Source of the DNA: a virus
Lineage: Duplodnaviria > Heunggongvirae > Uroviricota > Caudoviricetes
Direction: 5' to 3' (one strand)
IMG/VR virus record: IMGVR_UViG_3300043433_000105
Coordinates: 1-64,000 of that record
DNA length: 64,000 bases
The notes under the pieces were generated by a model. That model did no database searches. It was given only the letters and a program-made list of their open reading frames with translations, and was not told the origin of the DNA. Of this stretch, positions 49,182 to 57,800 are shown piece by piece; within the stretch, counting starts at the first letter, position 1, and every line of letters starts with the position of its first letter. Both the position numbers and the translations under genes were made by a program.

Positions 49182-49718
49182 TTACCAGTCAATGTTAATC
49201 AAGTATTTTCCAGCAGGAATTAAACCCCTCTTATAAAGGTCATCAACCACTACATCAACATGTGGATAGAAATTGCGTTCCCACCAAAGGCACAACCCAT
49301 GGTCACGATCCCATTCATCTTCAGTGTCCAATTTTTGGTTTGGATCACGTGCAAGCCATGATGCAAAAGAAACACCCATATCTTCTGAGTTTACCTCTTC
49401 TTCTACAGTGGCACTTTCATGATCCTCTGGGACATATTCATCATCAAAAGGTAAAGTAAATTCATATGTGCCACGATCCTTACACCCATCCTGTTGTTGA
49501 AATGAATACGTTCTTCCATACGTTTTTTCAACTAGTGAGTCAAAATCTTGAACTGAAATTACGTTAACTGTTTGTATTTTAATCATATAAATTTTACCAC
49601 CGAATAAGATAACCAAAATTTTTGTGTTGTGGCCCATTACCATCATCATCCGCAAGACCTCGGGGCACATACGAAGCACCATGCCAAGACATATTTGCAC
49701 TGAATCCAAGTGTCCCAA
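49182..49718 (-). CDS. hypothetical protein
   Basis: 178-aa ORF. Confidence 0.35.
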   Translation of the reverse strand: MGHLDSVQICLGMVLRMCPEVLRMMMVMGHNTKILVILFGGKIYMIKIQTVNVISVQDFDSLVEKTYGRTYSFQQQDGCKDRGTYEFTLPFDDEYVPEDHESATVEEEVNSEDMGVSFASWLARDPNQKLDTEDEWDRDHGLCLWWERNFYPHVDVVVDDLYKRGLIPAGKYLINIDW

Positions 49719-50081
49719 GTTTACTCAGAACCATTTTATTCAAGGGTGTTGATGGTAAGTTGTTGAATGTTTGTTCTGCATCAAGAAAATAAAACAACTC
49801 ACGTTTACCTTCTTTGGCAGCATTAGTAATTAGTGGGTCTAGCGTTTTCAAAACTGCATCAGCTTCAACACCAGATTCAGCTACTAATTCACGTGCCTGA
49901 ATTGCATTGATCATTTCTTATTCCTTCTACGATAAAGTTCTGTGCATGCATCATTGACCTGATCAAGATACTTTGCTTCTGCAACAGGGTTGAAATCTTT
50001 CATACATTTTGCAGATTCACCCGCATCCTGAATAATAAACTTCAACTCAGCGTCAGTTTTGTTTTTATATTGGTTTGCCAT

Positions 50082-50453
50082 TTAAGCCACCACATTGTAA
50101 GGTTTATCCCAAGAACCGATGTTGATATCAATGTAGTGACCACAATCAAAATAGTCTGTCTGTACATCGCTATTGTCATAGTTACCTACATTCATGGCAG
50201 CAACCAACTCTTTCAGAAAGAAATATGTTTCACCTTGGTGATTGTCTTTCAGATAGTAGGGGTTGATGCTAATTTTTTCACAACCTTGACAGTCTTTTGT
50301 TTCACCCATCACATCCAACTTACCGGATTTGATGTTCACAACGAGAGTGGAATTATGGCGAACTGCAATAGTGCCCTTCATGTTGTACTTCTTCAGTACA
50401 GCTTTGATAGCAGGAGACATAGCAGCTTTTTGTTGTTGAGACATGTAGGCCAT
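50082..50453 (-). CDS. hypothetical protein
   Basis: 123-aa ORF after the cassette at 50461-50500. Confidence 0.4.
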   Translation of the reverse strand: MAYMSQQQKAAMSPAIKAVLKKYNMKGTIAVRHNSTLVVNIKSGKLDVMGETKDCQGCEKISINPYYLKDNHQGETYFFLKELVAAMNVGNYDNSDVQTDYFDCGHYIDINIGSWDKPYNVVA

Positions 50454-50460
50454 AATTCGT

Positions 50461-50500
50461 TACCTCGTTTGTGTTTCGATGAATGAATTATAACATAGAT
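50461..50500 (-). promoter_or_regulatory. early-type promoter/leader cassette
   Basis: Reverse complement ATCTATGTTATAATTCATTCATCGAAACACAAACGAGGTAA. Confidence 0.55.
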
Positions 50501-50534
50501 TTTCTCTTTTACACAAAAAAAAATCTAAAAATAT

Positions 50535-50608
50535 TTGGAGCGGGTAGGGATAATCGAAATCCACTCTGCACAGCTTGGAAGGCTGGCGACACACCTTGTG
50601 CTTACCCG
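50535..50608 (-). tRNA. tRNA-Gly (UCC)
   Basis: Acceptor GCGGGTA/TACCCGC, anticodon loop CTTCCAA, T-loop TTCGATT, CCA. Confidence 0.6.
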
Positions 50609-50616
50609 CAAAATTT

Positions 50617-50698
50617 GTGGGAGAGACAGGAATCGAACCTGCACACCTTTCGGTACTGGCTTCTTAAACCAGCGCGTCTACCTATTCCGCCACTCTCC
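50617..50698 (-). tRNA. tRNA-Leu, type II (anticodon loop region TTTAAGAAG; UAA or AAG)
   Basis: Acceptor GGGAGAG/CTCTCCC, T-arm GCAGG-TTCGATT-CCTGT, variable stem ACC-GAAA-GGT; no CCA. Confidence 0.55.
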
Positions 50699-50967
50699 CA
50701 AATTACCCTACATAGACAGCCTGTGGTACATTTTAGAAGTGACTCCAACTTCATGAAACCAAACTCAGGATTTACAGGAACTTTACACTTTAACAGTTAA
50801 GGCTTAATAAATTAAGTCTTGACTCCTGAACCTTAAACGCTGAACTCTAAACTTTGAACTTTGAGGTTCCTTATTTAAGTTGCATTAAAAGTGCAGTGCC
50901 CGAATTTTAGTTCGACAGGCGAGGAACGGTCTTGTAAAAATGTTCGTCTATGTACGGTAAAAACTTT

Positions 50968-51603
50968 TTAGAAGTTCACTTCAATTTCTGTCCGTGCATT
51001 GCTTTCAGACAACAAGAAATCCAGTTCTGTGTCAACCACGGAGATTTCATCCTTCATGGTGTTGATCTTAGTCACAATTTCCAGTGGATCAATCAATGCT
51101 TGTTCTTTCTGGGCTTTTTGTGCAGAAGCAACAGTATCAATATCAGCCTGAGAAACTTTGTTCTTGTCAGTACCCAAAACTTGGCTCACCATGGTTTCAA
51201 TGGTGGATTCCAGCTTGGTATTTGCTGCATTCACCAAGTTGATAGCTTGGGTGTAACGCTGAGACATGATGTTCACCAGTTGGCGCTTGGATTCAATTGA
51301 CTTTTTCAGTTCAATTGTTTCAGCAACAGACATTTGTAAACCAGAGACAGTCAATTGAGTCACTGCATTGGATTGAACAATCTTGCGCTTCAGTTCTTGA
51401 CGATTCTTCAACAGCGATTGAAACTGATCCCAAGAAGATGTGATTCCCTTGGAAGTTGCTTCTACGCTAGAACCTGCAACGGTTGCATTAGCACCACGAC
51501 CTACTTGGATACCAACCCATGTTCCCTCCATGGACAGACGGGACAACTTTTCATCAATGCGCTTGATTTCAGCCAATGCGCGGGTAACGGACATTTTTGT
51601 CAT
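50968..51603 (-). CDS. hypothetical protein (211 aa)
   Basis: Largest ORF within the tRNA region. Confidence 0.45.
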   Translation of the reverse strand: MTKMSVTRALAEIKRIDEKLSRLSMEGTWVGIQVGRGANATVAGSSVEATSKGITSSWDQFQSLLKNRQELKRKIVQSNAVTQLTVSGLQMSVAETIELKKSIESKRQLVNIMSQRYTQAINLVNAANTKLESTIETMVSQVLGTDKNKVSQADIDTVASAQKAQKEQALIDPLEIVTKINTMKDEISVVDTELDFLLSESNARTEIEVNF

Positions 51604-51736
51604 TTTAATTCCTTCATTATATTTACTTACTTACACAATATCAGTTGTACCAAAGTAGGAATCGAACCTACGTTGCGACCTCAAGACGGGTACGTATCCT
51701 TGCCTCTAGATGATTTGGTACGTTTTCTTTATTCTA

Positions 51737-51970
51737 TCACAGTTTTTGAATCTTGTACATAGCCAGTGATTTACCACCTAACAATTCTAGCTTATGTGCG
51801 TTACGATCATTGGTCGCATCGACATTCAGGTTCAACCAAGGAACCATCTTACCAGATGCATTTTTACCAATTCTAACATGACTCACAGTAGCAGTCAACA
51901 CACCACAATTACTTTGGTAAGAGATACGATCACCACCGTTCAATTGTGCATAAGAAGTAATGTGTGTCAT
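51737..51970 (-). CDS. hypothetical small protein
   Basis: After the cassette at 51981-52020. Confidence 0.3.
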   Translation of the reverse strand: MTHITSYAQLNGGDRISYQSNCGVLTATVSHVRIGKNASGKMVPWLNLNVDATNDRNAHKLELLGGKSLAMYKIQKL

Positions 51971-52082
51971 GTTTAAACCTTTTTGAATTTCGATGGTTAG
52001 ATTATATCACTGTTTTATTCAACTTTGCTCGTTTTGTGTTTGACGCACCAACAAATGATTTGTTAAGAGGTGTCATTGCTAA

Positions 52083-52376
52083 TTATTTCCAATCACTGGC
52101 AACGTAGGTTTCTTGATTCACTTGCAGAGGAAACTGAAAATAACCGTTTTGATCCAAGTGACCATACCCAGCAGTAGTTGAACCACAAATTCCTGTAGAG
52201 AAATCTGGTTTCACGCCGCTATTGAACTTGTCAGAAGCGATAGCCCGACGAACCTTCAGTGCTGCGTTATCGACTGTCTGTTTCAGCGTAACAGTTCCAA
52301 CAGCAGGCGCAGTACGAATCAAGGTACTCTGAATTCGCAAGATTTCTTCGCACAGTGTAATTTCCAGATCAGTCAT
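52083..52376 (-). CDS. hypothetical protein
   Basis: After the cassette at 52381-52420. Confidence 0.35.
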   Translation of the reverse strand: MTDLEITLCEEILRIQSTLIRTAPAVGTVTLKQTVDNAALKVRRAIASDKFNSGVKPDFSTGICGSTTAGYGHLDQNGYFQFPLQVNQETYVASDWK

Positions 52377-52380
52377 AATT

Positions 52381-52420
52381 TACCTCGTTTGAATTTCGAT
52401 GAATGAATTATATCACACTT
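52381..52420 (-). promoter_or_regulatory. early-type promoter/leader cassette
   Basis: Reverse complement GTGTGATATAATTCATTCATCGAAATTCAAACGAGGTAA. Confidence 0.55.
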
Positions 52421-52429
52421 TTTACTGAA

Positions 52430-52642
52430 TTACTTCTTTTTACCAATCTTAGCAACAACTTCAGCTTTAGACTGCAGCAACTGGCATAGAAAATGTCGGT
52501 ATGTGCGCAAGCAACCCTCCGTGTGTTTTGTTTGCTCACCACTTTCAAGCATTGCAATCTTAGCTTCCAACTCTTTCTGTTGCGCACGATGCCGTTCGAT
52601 GTCTGCGTTAAGTGGAACATCTTTCCAGAAGAATTTAGTCAT
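52430..52642 (-). CDS. hypothetical small protein
   Basis: After the cassette at 52651-52690. Confidence 0.3.
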   Translation of the reverse strand: MTKFFWKDVPLNADIERHRAQQKELEAKIAMLESGEQTKHTEGCLRTYRHFLCQLLQSKAEVVAKIGKKK

Positions 52643-52771
52643 TTTGATTACCTCTTTTGTTTTTCGATGATTGAATTATAGCACAGTTTGTATGAAGTTT
52701 TGGAATCGAACCAAAAATTTGTTGCCAATCAGTGACGCCTTTTTCTGATATCGAGGGCAACAGCTTAACCT

Positions 52772-53098
52772 TTAGCTGACTTCATTCTTTTCTTTCCATT
52801 GTGACCAGATTATATCTGCTTCTTCCTTTAATTCTTGATTCAATTTTTTTCTTCTCACATATGCATTGATGCTTTTTTCAAATTTTTCCATCAATTCTTC
52901 AGGAGAAATTCTGCCACAGAAAACTTCCGATGAACTATATGCATCTATTACTTTACTTGTTCTTCGTGTCCACCACTTCAAAAATGGAACAGTTTTTACA
53001 ATACGCACCTCACCATAAAAATCTGGCTCCAATACCATATCATAGTATTGATCATCTTCTTTACAGTAAACATGCATTACTTGATTATATGCGTTCAT
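52772..53098 (-). CDS. hypothetical protein
   Basis: 108-aa ORF. Confidence 0.35.
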   Translation of the reverse strand: MNAYNQVMHVYCKEDDQYYDMVLEPDFYGEVRIVKTVPFLKWWTRRTSKVIDAYSSSEVFCGRISPEELMEKFEKSINAYVRRKKLNQELKEEADIIWSQWKEKNEVS

Positions 53099-53592
53099 TC
53101 TTCACTCGCAAGGCGTTTAATGATTTCTTTTCCTTTTGCAATGTCTTTATGCCACTGCTGATTATTAGTGACTGAGGTTTGCACCGCATCACATTCTTTG
53201 CAACCATCGCGGTATACTTGTTTAGGTTTCCACATCTTTGCAAAAGTCAAAACGTTTGGATTTTCTACTCGCGGATACACGACAGCACAAGACTTACGAC
53301 CATCAAGTGTTTTTTTCTCATGACCCAAGTATACGCTTGGTAGTTGACTAATTTTGTCAAACTCTTTTTGATTCACTCGAATGACTACCTTCTTAAATGA
53401 GTCAGCAAACCAAATATCGTATAGCTCAGAGCCTGCGAAAATGCGATCTGCCGCTAAAACAGAGTGTGATACTAGTGTTGGTACCATGTAGTCTGGAAAA
53501 TCGTCTAGAACCGCGATATACAGCTTCAAATCGATCATTGTATTTTCTATCATAATATAAAATGGTGCGACCAGAGGGATTCGAACCCCCAA
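53095..53592 (-). CDS. hypothetical protein
   Basis: 165-aa ORF; start lies inside the tRNA-Arg coordinates, so the true start may be internal. Confidence 0.35.
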   Translation of the reverse strand: MGVRIPLVAPFYIMIENTMIDLKLYIAVLDDFPDYMVPTLVSHSVLAADRIFAGSELYDIWFADSFKKVVIRVNQKEFDKISQLPSVYLGHEKKTLDGRKSCAVVYPRVENPNVLTFAKMWKPKQVYRDGCKECDAVQTSVTNNQQWHKDIAKGKEIIKRLASEE

Positions 53593-53639
53593 CAGACCGT
53601 GTAGAAGACGGTAATTCTATCCAATTGAATTATGGTCGC
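53563..53639 (-). tRNA. tRNA-Arg (UCU)
   Basis: GCGACCAtaATTCaattggataGAATtACCGTctTCTacACGGTctgttGGGGGttcgaatCCCTCTGGTCGCacca. Confidence 0.75.
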
Positions 53640-53647
53640 AAAAATGT

Positions 53648-53977
53648 TTATTCGTTATCCAAATACTCAGTCATGAACATCAAGAAAAACCAACGAGCTT
53701 CTTGGCGACGTTCAGGTTCGATATGCTTCCAGGTGTTCATACCAAAGGATGTCATACCAAATAGACGCATCTCTTCTTTCAAGATATTCTCATTTTTATA
53801 GCTACCTGCAACATGATATAGACAGTCGCAAATATATGGTGATGAAAAGTTAGTGGAATTTTTAGCGACTACGACAAATTCATTTTGGTGCGGGTGCAAT
53901 GTGCCTTCGCACCACTCCAAAATAAGAATTTCAGTAGCTACATTGAAAAATGCATCAGCTTTTTCGGAGTTTTTCAT
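53648..53977 (-). CDS. hypothetical protein
   Basis: 109-aa ORF after the cassette at 53985-54030. Confidence 0.35.
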   Translation of the reverse strand: MKNSEKADAFFNVATEILILEWCEGTLHPHQNEFVVVAKNSTNFSSPYICDCLYHVAGSYKNENILKEEMRLFGMTSFGMNTWKHIEPERRQEARWFFLMFMTEYLDNE

Positions 53978-54134
53978 TTTAAGTTTCTTTTGTATTTTGA
54001 CAACTTGATTATACCACTAACTTACGCGAGTAAGTGCATCAATGAGCAAAATGATTCCAATAAAAGGGTGATCATTACAAATAAGATAGATCGCGAAAGT
54101 AAACTCAAGCAAAGGCATAAAATTCCTACATTAA

Positions 54135-54224
54135 GTGGCGGGGTGTGTGAGATTCGAACTCACGGAGCCATTTCTGACTCAGTTGCTTTCAAGGCAACCG
54201 CAATAGACCACTCTACCAACACCC
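54135..54224 (-). tRNA. tRNA-Ser (UGA), type II
   Basis: Acceptor GGGGTGT/ACACCCC, anticodon arm GTTGC-CTTGAAA-GCAAC, long variable arm, T-arm GTGAG-TTCGAAT-CTCAC, CCA. Confidence 0.7.
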
Positions 54225-54356
54225 CAATTTGATTCTTGATTCGATGTTGTCTGCCCACAACACCAGGAGAAAAAACGAGAAAGAAAAATCAAGAATCAAA
54301 AATGGTCGGGACTTCTCGCACCCGCAGAATCAACAATGTAACTCTTGATCTGAGTT

Positions 54357-54395
54357 GTTCGGGCGCTACCCGACTTGCTCTTTTTTTTGTTGATA
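54357..54395 (+). terminator. plus-strand hairpin followed by T8
   Basis: GTTCGGGcgctaCCCGAc-ttgctc-TTTTTTTT. Confidence 0.3.
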
Positions 54396-54624
54396 GGATT
54401 CGAACATACACAAGCACCGGCTTACAGGAGGGCTACTTTAAGGTGGTAAACACCGCTATCCCACTATTATCCAACCAGTAGGGTATACCAATTCCCCTTC
54501 ACAACAAAAATAAGTGAACCCTTTGCAACTGCACATCCTGAGAAGGAATTTATCGACTTTGCCAGCAGTTTTCTTGCAATTCAACGTCATGTCTCTGTTA
54601 CTTAGACGTTTAGGGTTGCAAACT

Positions 54625-54699
54625 TGGTTTACTCGGATAGTTTCGATCTACCGACCTCCCCATTAAAAGTAGGGTGCTCTTCCACTGAGCTACGAGTAA
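54625..54699 (-). tRNA. tRNA-Lys (UUU)
   Basis: Acceptor TTACTCG/CGAGTAA, D-arm GCTCAGTGGAAGAGC, anticodon CCCTA-CTTTTAA-TGGGG, T-arm GGTAG-ATCGAAA-CTATC, CCA. Confidence 0.65.
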
Positions 54700-54706
54700 G
54701 TATTCT

Positions 54707-54952
54707 TCAATCAAAACGGATGGTAGAACCTTTAAACCATCCAGAACAGACAACACCGGTCACTGTTTTACCGGATGGGCTTTTAGCTTTGAATCCATCA
54801 GAAAAACTGTCGTTTTTATCACAACCAAACATACTATATCCAGTCATTTGGATTTCAGTGTAACCATTTTCGTTCAATACACGTTCTGCTTTACTTGTAT
54901 TTGTGCATGCACTCAAAATTACAACTGCAGCGATGACCAATAACTTTTTCAT
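54707..54952 (-). CDS. lipoprotein
   Basis: MKKLLVIAAVVILSAC lipobox; start trimmed to internal Met. Confidence 0.45.
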   Translation of the reverse strand: MKKLLVIAAVVILSACTNTSKAERVLNENGYTEIQMTGYSMFGCDKNDSFSDGFKAKSPSGKTVTGVVCSGWFKGSTIRFD

Positions 54953-55120
54953 AATAACCTCAAAAAATAAATGGTAATGGATCAGCACCTACCTTGCGAC
55001 CTTATTTCGACAAACTACAAAATTTTCATTTTGCCACATCGTGCTACTTAAAGCATTTTCGCATCGTACCCTATGATTCCCCATTACCCCCGAGTGTGGT
55101 TCGGGTTTAAACCTAAAATA

Positions 55121-55351
55121 ATCATTGCCGGTATCCAAGGATTTGAACCTCGAATCCATTCTACCCCCAGCACCGTTCGGATTCCTGTTAAGCGGGATTG
55201 GTATTTATCCCGACTTCGTTTCATAAGATAACACTCTTATGTCACTACTGCCCTATTCTCCGATGCCTTGTTAGGTAAATTGTCCTCTTAGACCACAATA
55301 TCAGTTCTTTCTACTGACTCTGTTTTATTAAAGGCAGATACCGGCAATGAC
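55121..55351 (-). ncRNA. tRNA-like structured element bounded by perfect 14-bp inverted repeats
   Basis: TCATTGCCGGTATC ... GATACCGGCAATGA; contains a canonical T-arm (CGAGG-TTCAAAT-CCTTG) but no foldable anticodon or D arms. Confidence 0.3.
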
Positions 55352-55377
55352 CACTTAACTCTATTGTAACACAAATT

Positions 55378-55465
55378 TGCCAGAGTGGATTCGAACCACC
55401 AAATATCTTTCGATATTTTTTGCAGGGCTTTCACCTGCGACTCTACCTCATTTCGTCCACTAGCA
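55378..55465 (-). ncRNA. tRNA-like RNA with T-arm and long hairpin, non-canonical
   Basis: T-arm GGTGG-TTCGAAT-CCACT; hairpin AAATATC-GAAAG-ATATTT; no acceptor pairing found. Confidence 0.25.
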
Positions 55466-55480
55466 AAACTTTATATATGA

Positions 55481-55567
55481 GAGCCAACTGAGATTCGAAC
55501 TCAGGACTACACAACCAAATCATATTTCTGGTTGACCTACCGACTTGCCGTTACGTGCGATTGGCTC
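55481..55567 (-). ncRNA. tRNA-like RNA (type-II length) with perfect acceptor and T-arm but non-canonical body
   Basis: Acceptor GAGCCAA/TTGGCTC, T-arm CTGAG-TTCGAAT-CTCAG, 8-bp hairpin CAACCAGA/TTTGGTTG with loop AATATGA lacking U33. Confidence 0.35.
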
Positions 55568-55590
55568 TCATATATAAACTGTTCGACCAT

Positions 55591-55737
55591 ATGTAGGGGG
55601 ATTCGAACCCACCGCTGTGCCCGCCTTAAACCAACTTGGCTACACCTCCATTACGGAAGTGGTAGGATTCGAACCTACGAATGGGCACGTGCTAACCAAC
55701 TACACTATACTAGGTCTAGGAGTAATTACTTCCTATT
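55591..55737 (-). ncRNA. two adjacent tRNA-like units lacking anticodon arms
   Basis: Unit A: GGAGGTGtaGCCaagttggtttaaGGC fused to T-arm GGTTCGAATCC. Unit B: D-arm TAGTGTAGTTGGTTAGCAC followed 10 nt later by T-arm GTAGGTTCGAATCCTAC. Confidence 0.3.
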
Positions 55738-55890
55738 GTAAAACAAAATTCGTCAACTTTGTATCACATGTAAGAATTATATCACATTTTTCTTACATGT
55801 GGGAACTATTTCTAATTCCTCATCAAGTTCTCAACTGTCACGGCTTTCTGTTGAGAATCCTACGCAGATAGCTCTTGCTACCTTGTCCGA

Positions 55891-55930
55891 ACCATTCGAT
55901 GTGTGTAGGATGACTTAATTATAGCACACT
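55891..55930 (-). promoter_or_regulatory. early-type promoter cassette positioned to transcribe the tRNA-like array (no ORF downstream)
   Basis: Reverse complement AAAAGTGTGCTATAATTAAGTCATCCTACACACATCGAATGG. Confidence 0.45.
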
Positions 55931-55931
55931 T

Positions 55932-56288
55932 TTAATTCCAAGAAGACAAATCAGCTTGCATTTGTCGAATTCTTTTCAAGGCATCTGTATTTCTAGGTGA
56001 AATTTCATTTGCCAAGATATGCAACTCATGAATTATATCCGAATACAAGTAAGACATCAAACCATTTCTCGCTAAAGTATGGTTAGGGTTATCTCCTGTA
56101 GGAAACTGACCTGTAGCAAAAATTCTCAACTCATGTTTATATCTATCAACATATGGCGCATCATAAGATGGCTTTAGATGCTCCATACCATATTCAACTT
56201 GAATGAACTGTGGTGAAAACTCGCGAGTTGCGGTTTTATCTGTTCGAAGTTCTTTCTTGATCTTCAATTCCATTTTAGATTTGCACAA
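55932..56288 (-). CDS. hypothetical protein
   Basis: 118-aa ORF. Confidence 0.35.
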   Translation of the reverse strand: MCKSKMELKIKKELRTDKTATREFSPQFIQVEYGMEHLKPSYDAPYVDRYKHELRIFATGQFPTGDNPNHTLARNGLMSYLYSDIIHELHILANEISPRNTDALKRIRQMQADLSSWN

Positions 56289-56778
56289 TCTTCAAAACTT
56301 CGCCAGTTTCTGGGTTAATAGTGACTTCCACATTAGAAACGCCATCATCATACCATGTAAGGTATGGCTTGCCACTTGAAACACTGGGTAAATTATATGC
56401 GATTCGACGCTTCATAGTAATAGGCGAAACTTCTTTTGGTTTTACACGATACACACCCTTAACACCCCAACCTGGATTTTTATTCTCTTTCCACAGTTTT
56501 GTGCGCGAATCAAGCTGCTCAATTACAGCACCATTTGCCCACTGAACAATCAAATCAGCATGAGTATGCTTTTTATTTTTTTGTGCCACAATTTGACCTC
56601 TGTAAAGTTCAAAGTTTGAAGAAAACCAAGCCCCAGCAGTATCTTTCAAATACAGTAAGGTACCATGGTCAGTGCATCGCTCAACTGTATATACATTACC
56701 GACGCGCATAACGTTGGTATCAACATTACCATCGACATCAACTGTGCGAACAACTTTATCACCTGCTTTGAATTTCAT
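56275..56778 (-). CDS. hypothetical protein
   Basis: 167-aa ORF. Confidence 0.4.
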   Translation of the reverse strand: MKFKAGDKVVRTVDVDGNVDTNVMRVGNVYTVERCTDHGTLLYLKDTAGAWFSSNFELYRGQIVAQKNKKHTHADLIVQWANGAVIEQLDSRTKLWKENKNPGWGVKGVYRVKPKEVSPITMKRRIAYNLPSVSSGKPYLTWYDDGVSNVEVTINPETGEVLKIVQI

Positions 56779-56796
56779 AGTTTTTCCTTTATGTTT

Positions 56797-56869
56797 TGGA
56801 GGCGCATACCGGAATCGAACCGGGTCTTAGGATTTGCAATCAGTGACCTAAACTTTCTGCCAATGCGCC
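56797..56869 (-). tRNA. short tRNA-like gene (anticodon region contains GCA; Cys?)
   Basis: Acceptor GGCGCAT/ATGCGCC, T-loop TTCGATT, CCA; anticodon arm could not be folded confidently. Confidence 0.4.
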
Positions 56870-56875
56870 TTAATA

Positions 56876-56962
56876 TGGTGGGTGTGGATAGGATTCGAAC
56901 CTACATTAGTGATGTACTCACAACTGCGTCACTCGCAGCCCCGATTCTCCAAGTAATTGTAC
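56876..56962 (-). ncRNA. tRNA-like RNA with T-arm and CCA but no acceptor pairing
   Basis: GTAGG-TTCGAAT-CCTAT...CACACCCACCA; 5' region has a CTGCG-AGTGA-CGCAG hairpin. Confidence 0.3.
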
Positions 56963-56997
56963 ATTTTACACATCGAGAAGCACACCCATATTTCATT

Positions 56998-57074
56998 TGG
57001 TGCGGCTAGGTGGATTCGAACCTCCAAACAACAGATTTTAAGTCTGTTTGCGTTACCTATTAGCATACAGCCGC
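56998..57074 (-). tRNA. class-I (short variable loop) tRNA with UAA anticodon (Leu-type reading UUA/UUG)
   Basis: Acceptor GCGGCTG/TAGCCGC, D-stem TGC/GCA, anticodon arm ACAGA-CTTAAAA-TCTGT (perfect), 5-nt variable loop, T-loop TTCGAAT, CCA. Confidence 0.6.
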
Positions 57075-57800
57075 TATTTTTTCTAAAATCCCTTCTATTG
57101 TAAACGATTTTTTATCATTGGCCCATAGTATAACACATCTGGTGCTATATTCAAACTCAAATTGTTCAATTTTTTTAAGTTGAGATTCTTGTTTCGCATA
57201 TCCTTGATAGGTTGTGGTAGGTTTTCCTTTCCATTTTGCTTTCGGATCAAGGTAAACATCAAATTTAGGCAAATAAAAATCTGGTTGATATGTTCGATTA
57301 TCAGATAACAAAATTTGATTTGGATGCATCCATTGAATATTATTTCTATCTAATAAATTCGCAACTTGCCATTCATGTATAGATTCGAGATTGAATACAT
57401 TTCCAAAACTATCAATATATGGTATATAATTTCTTTTCCATCGCAAAACCGGGTCAATTGCAACTCCTGCTCTAGCGGCTTTCCACAAACCATTTTCAAA
57501 AGATTTTTTATGATTTGCAACCTGTCGCCTTGTAGGTTCATAATTTTCTGTAGTTTTACCTTTATTATGTTTCATTCTATCTTTAGAATCTTGAGACATA
57601 GACTCATAAACAGATTTTGCATCACGACCCGACTTATAAGTTTCCTTACACTTTTCACTGTTCTTTTTTTTATTTGCAGGACAAGAAGCGTGTGATTCGC
57701 AACACATTAATCTGTCACTGCTGTTTTTAAACAATGCTAAATTCCCACATCCATAGTCACACAATTTATCAGTTACTATAGGCTCAGATTTTTTTCTCAT
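57060..57800 (-). CDS. Cys-rich protein, possible nuclease/homing-endonuclease-like
   Basis: N-terminal CDYGCGN...CCESHASCP zinc-binding cluster; basic C-terminal region; assignment tentative. Confidence 0.3.
   Translation of the reverse strand: MRKKSEPIVTDKLCDYGCGNLALFKNSSDRLMCCESHASCPANKKKNSEKCKETYKSGRDAKSVYESMSQDSKDRMKHNKGKTTENYEPTRRQVANHKKSFENGLWKAARAGVAIDPVLRWKRNYIPYIDSFGNVFNLESIHEWQVANLLDRNNIQWMHPNQILLSDNRTYQPDFYLPKFDVYLDPKAKWKGKPTTTYQGYAKQESQLKKIEQFEFEYSTRCVILWANDKKSFTIEGILEKIAAVC

Noticed and set aside
49594-49914. 106-aa ORF overlapping ORF 49182-49718 by 125 nt in another frame
   Set aside because: Only one of the two overlapping ORFs is likely real. The longer one was kept, and the shorter could be a mis-started upstream gene.
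51621-51700. Possible tRNA (acceptor TACCAAA/TTTGGTA with T-arm GTAGG-TTCGATT-CCTAC)
   Set aside because: Acceptor, D-arm and T-arm fold, but no anticodon stem could be formed in any register. Left uncalled as a probable pseudo-tRNA.
54400-54480. Possible tRNA with T-loop GTTCGAATCC at 54401-54420
   Set aside because: No acceptor pairing in any register. May be another tRNA fragment.
53562-54481. Plus-strand ORFs 53562-53801, 53885-54232 and 54236-54481
   Set aside because: They overlap tRNA-Arg and tRNA-Ser on the other strand, have no RBS or motif, and the surrounding region is minus-strand transcribed.
55121-55351. tRNA gene carrying a 150-nt anticodon-loop intron (by analogy with cyanobacterial tRNA-Leu group I introns)
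   Set aside because: The putative 5' exon (GCCGGTATCTGCCTTTAA) is too short to contain a D-arm and anticodon stem. Interpreted instead as an inverted-repeat-bounded tRNA-like element.
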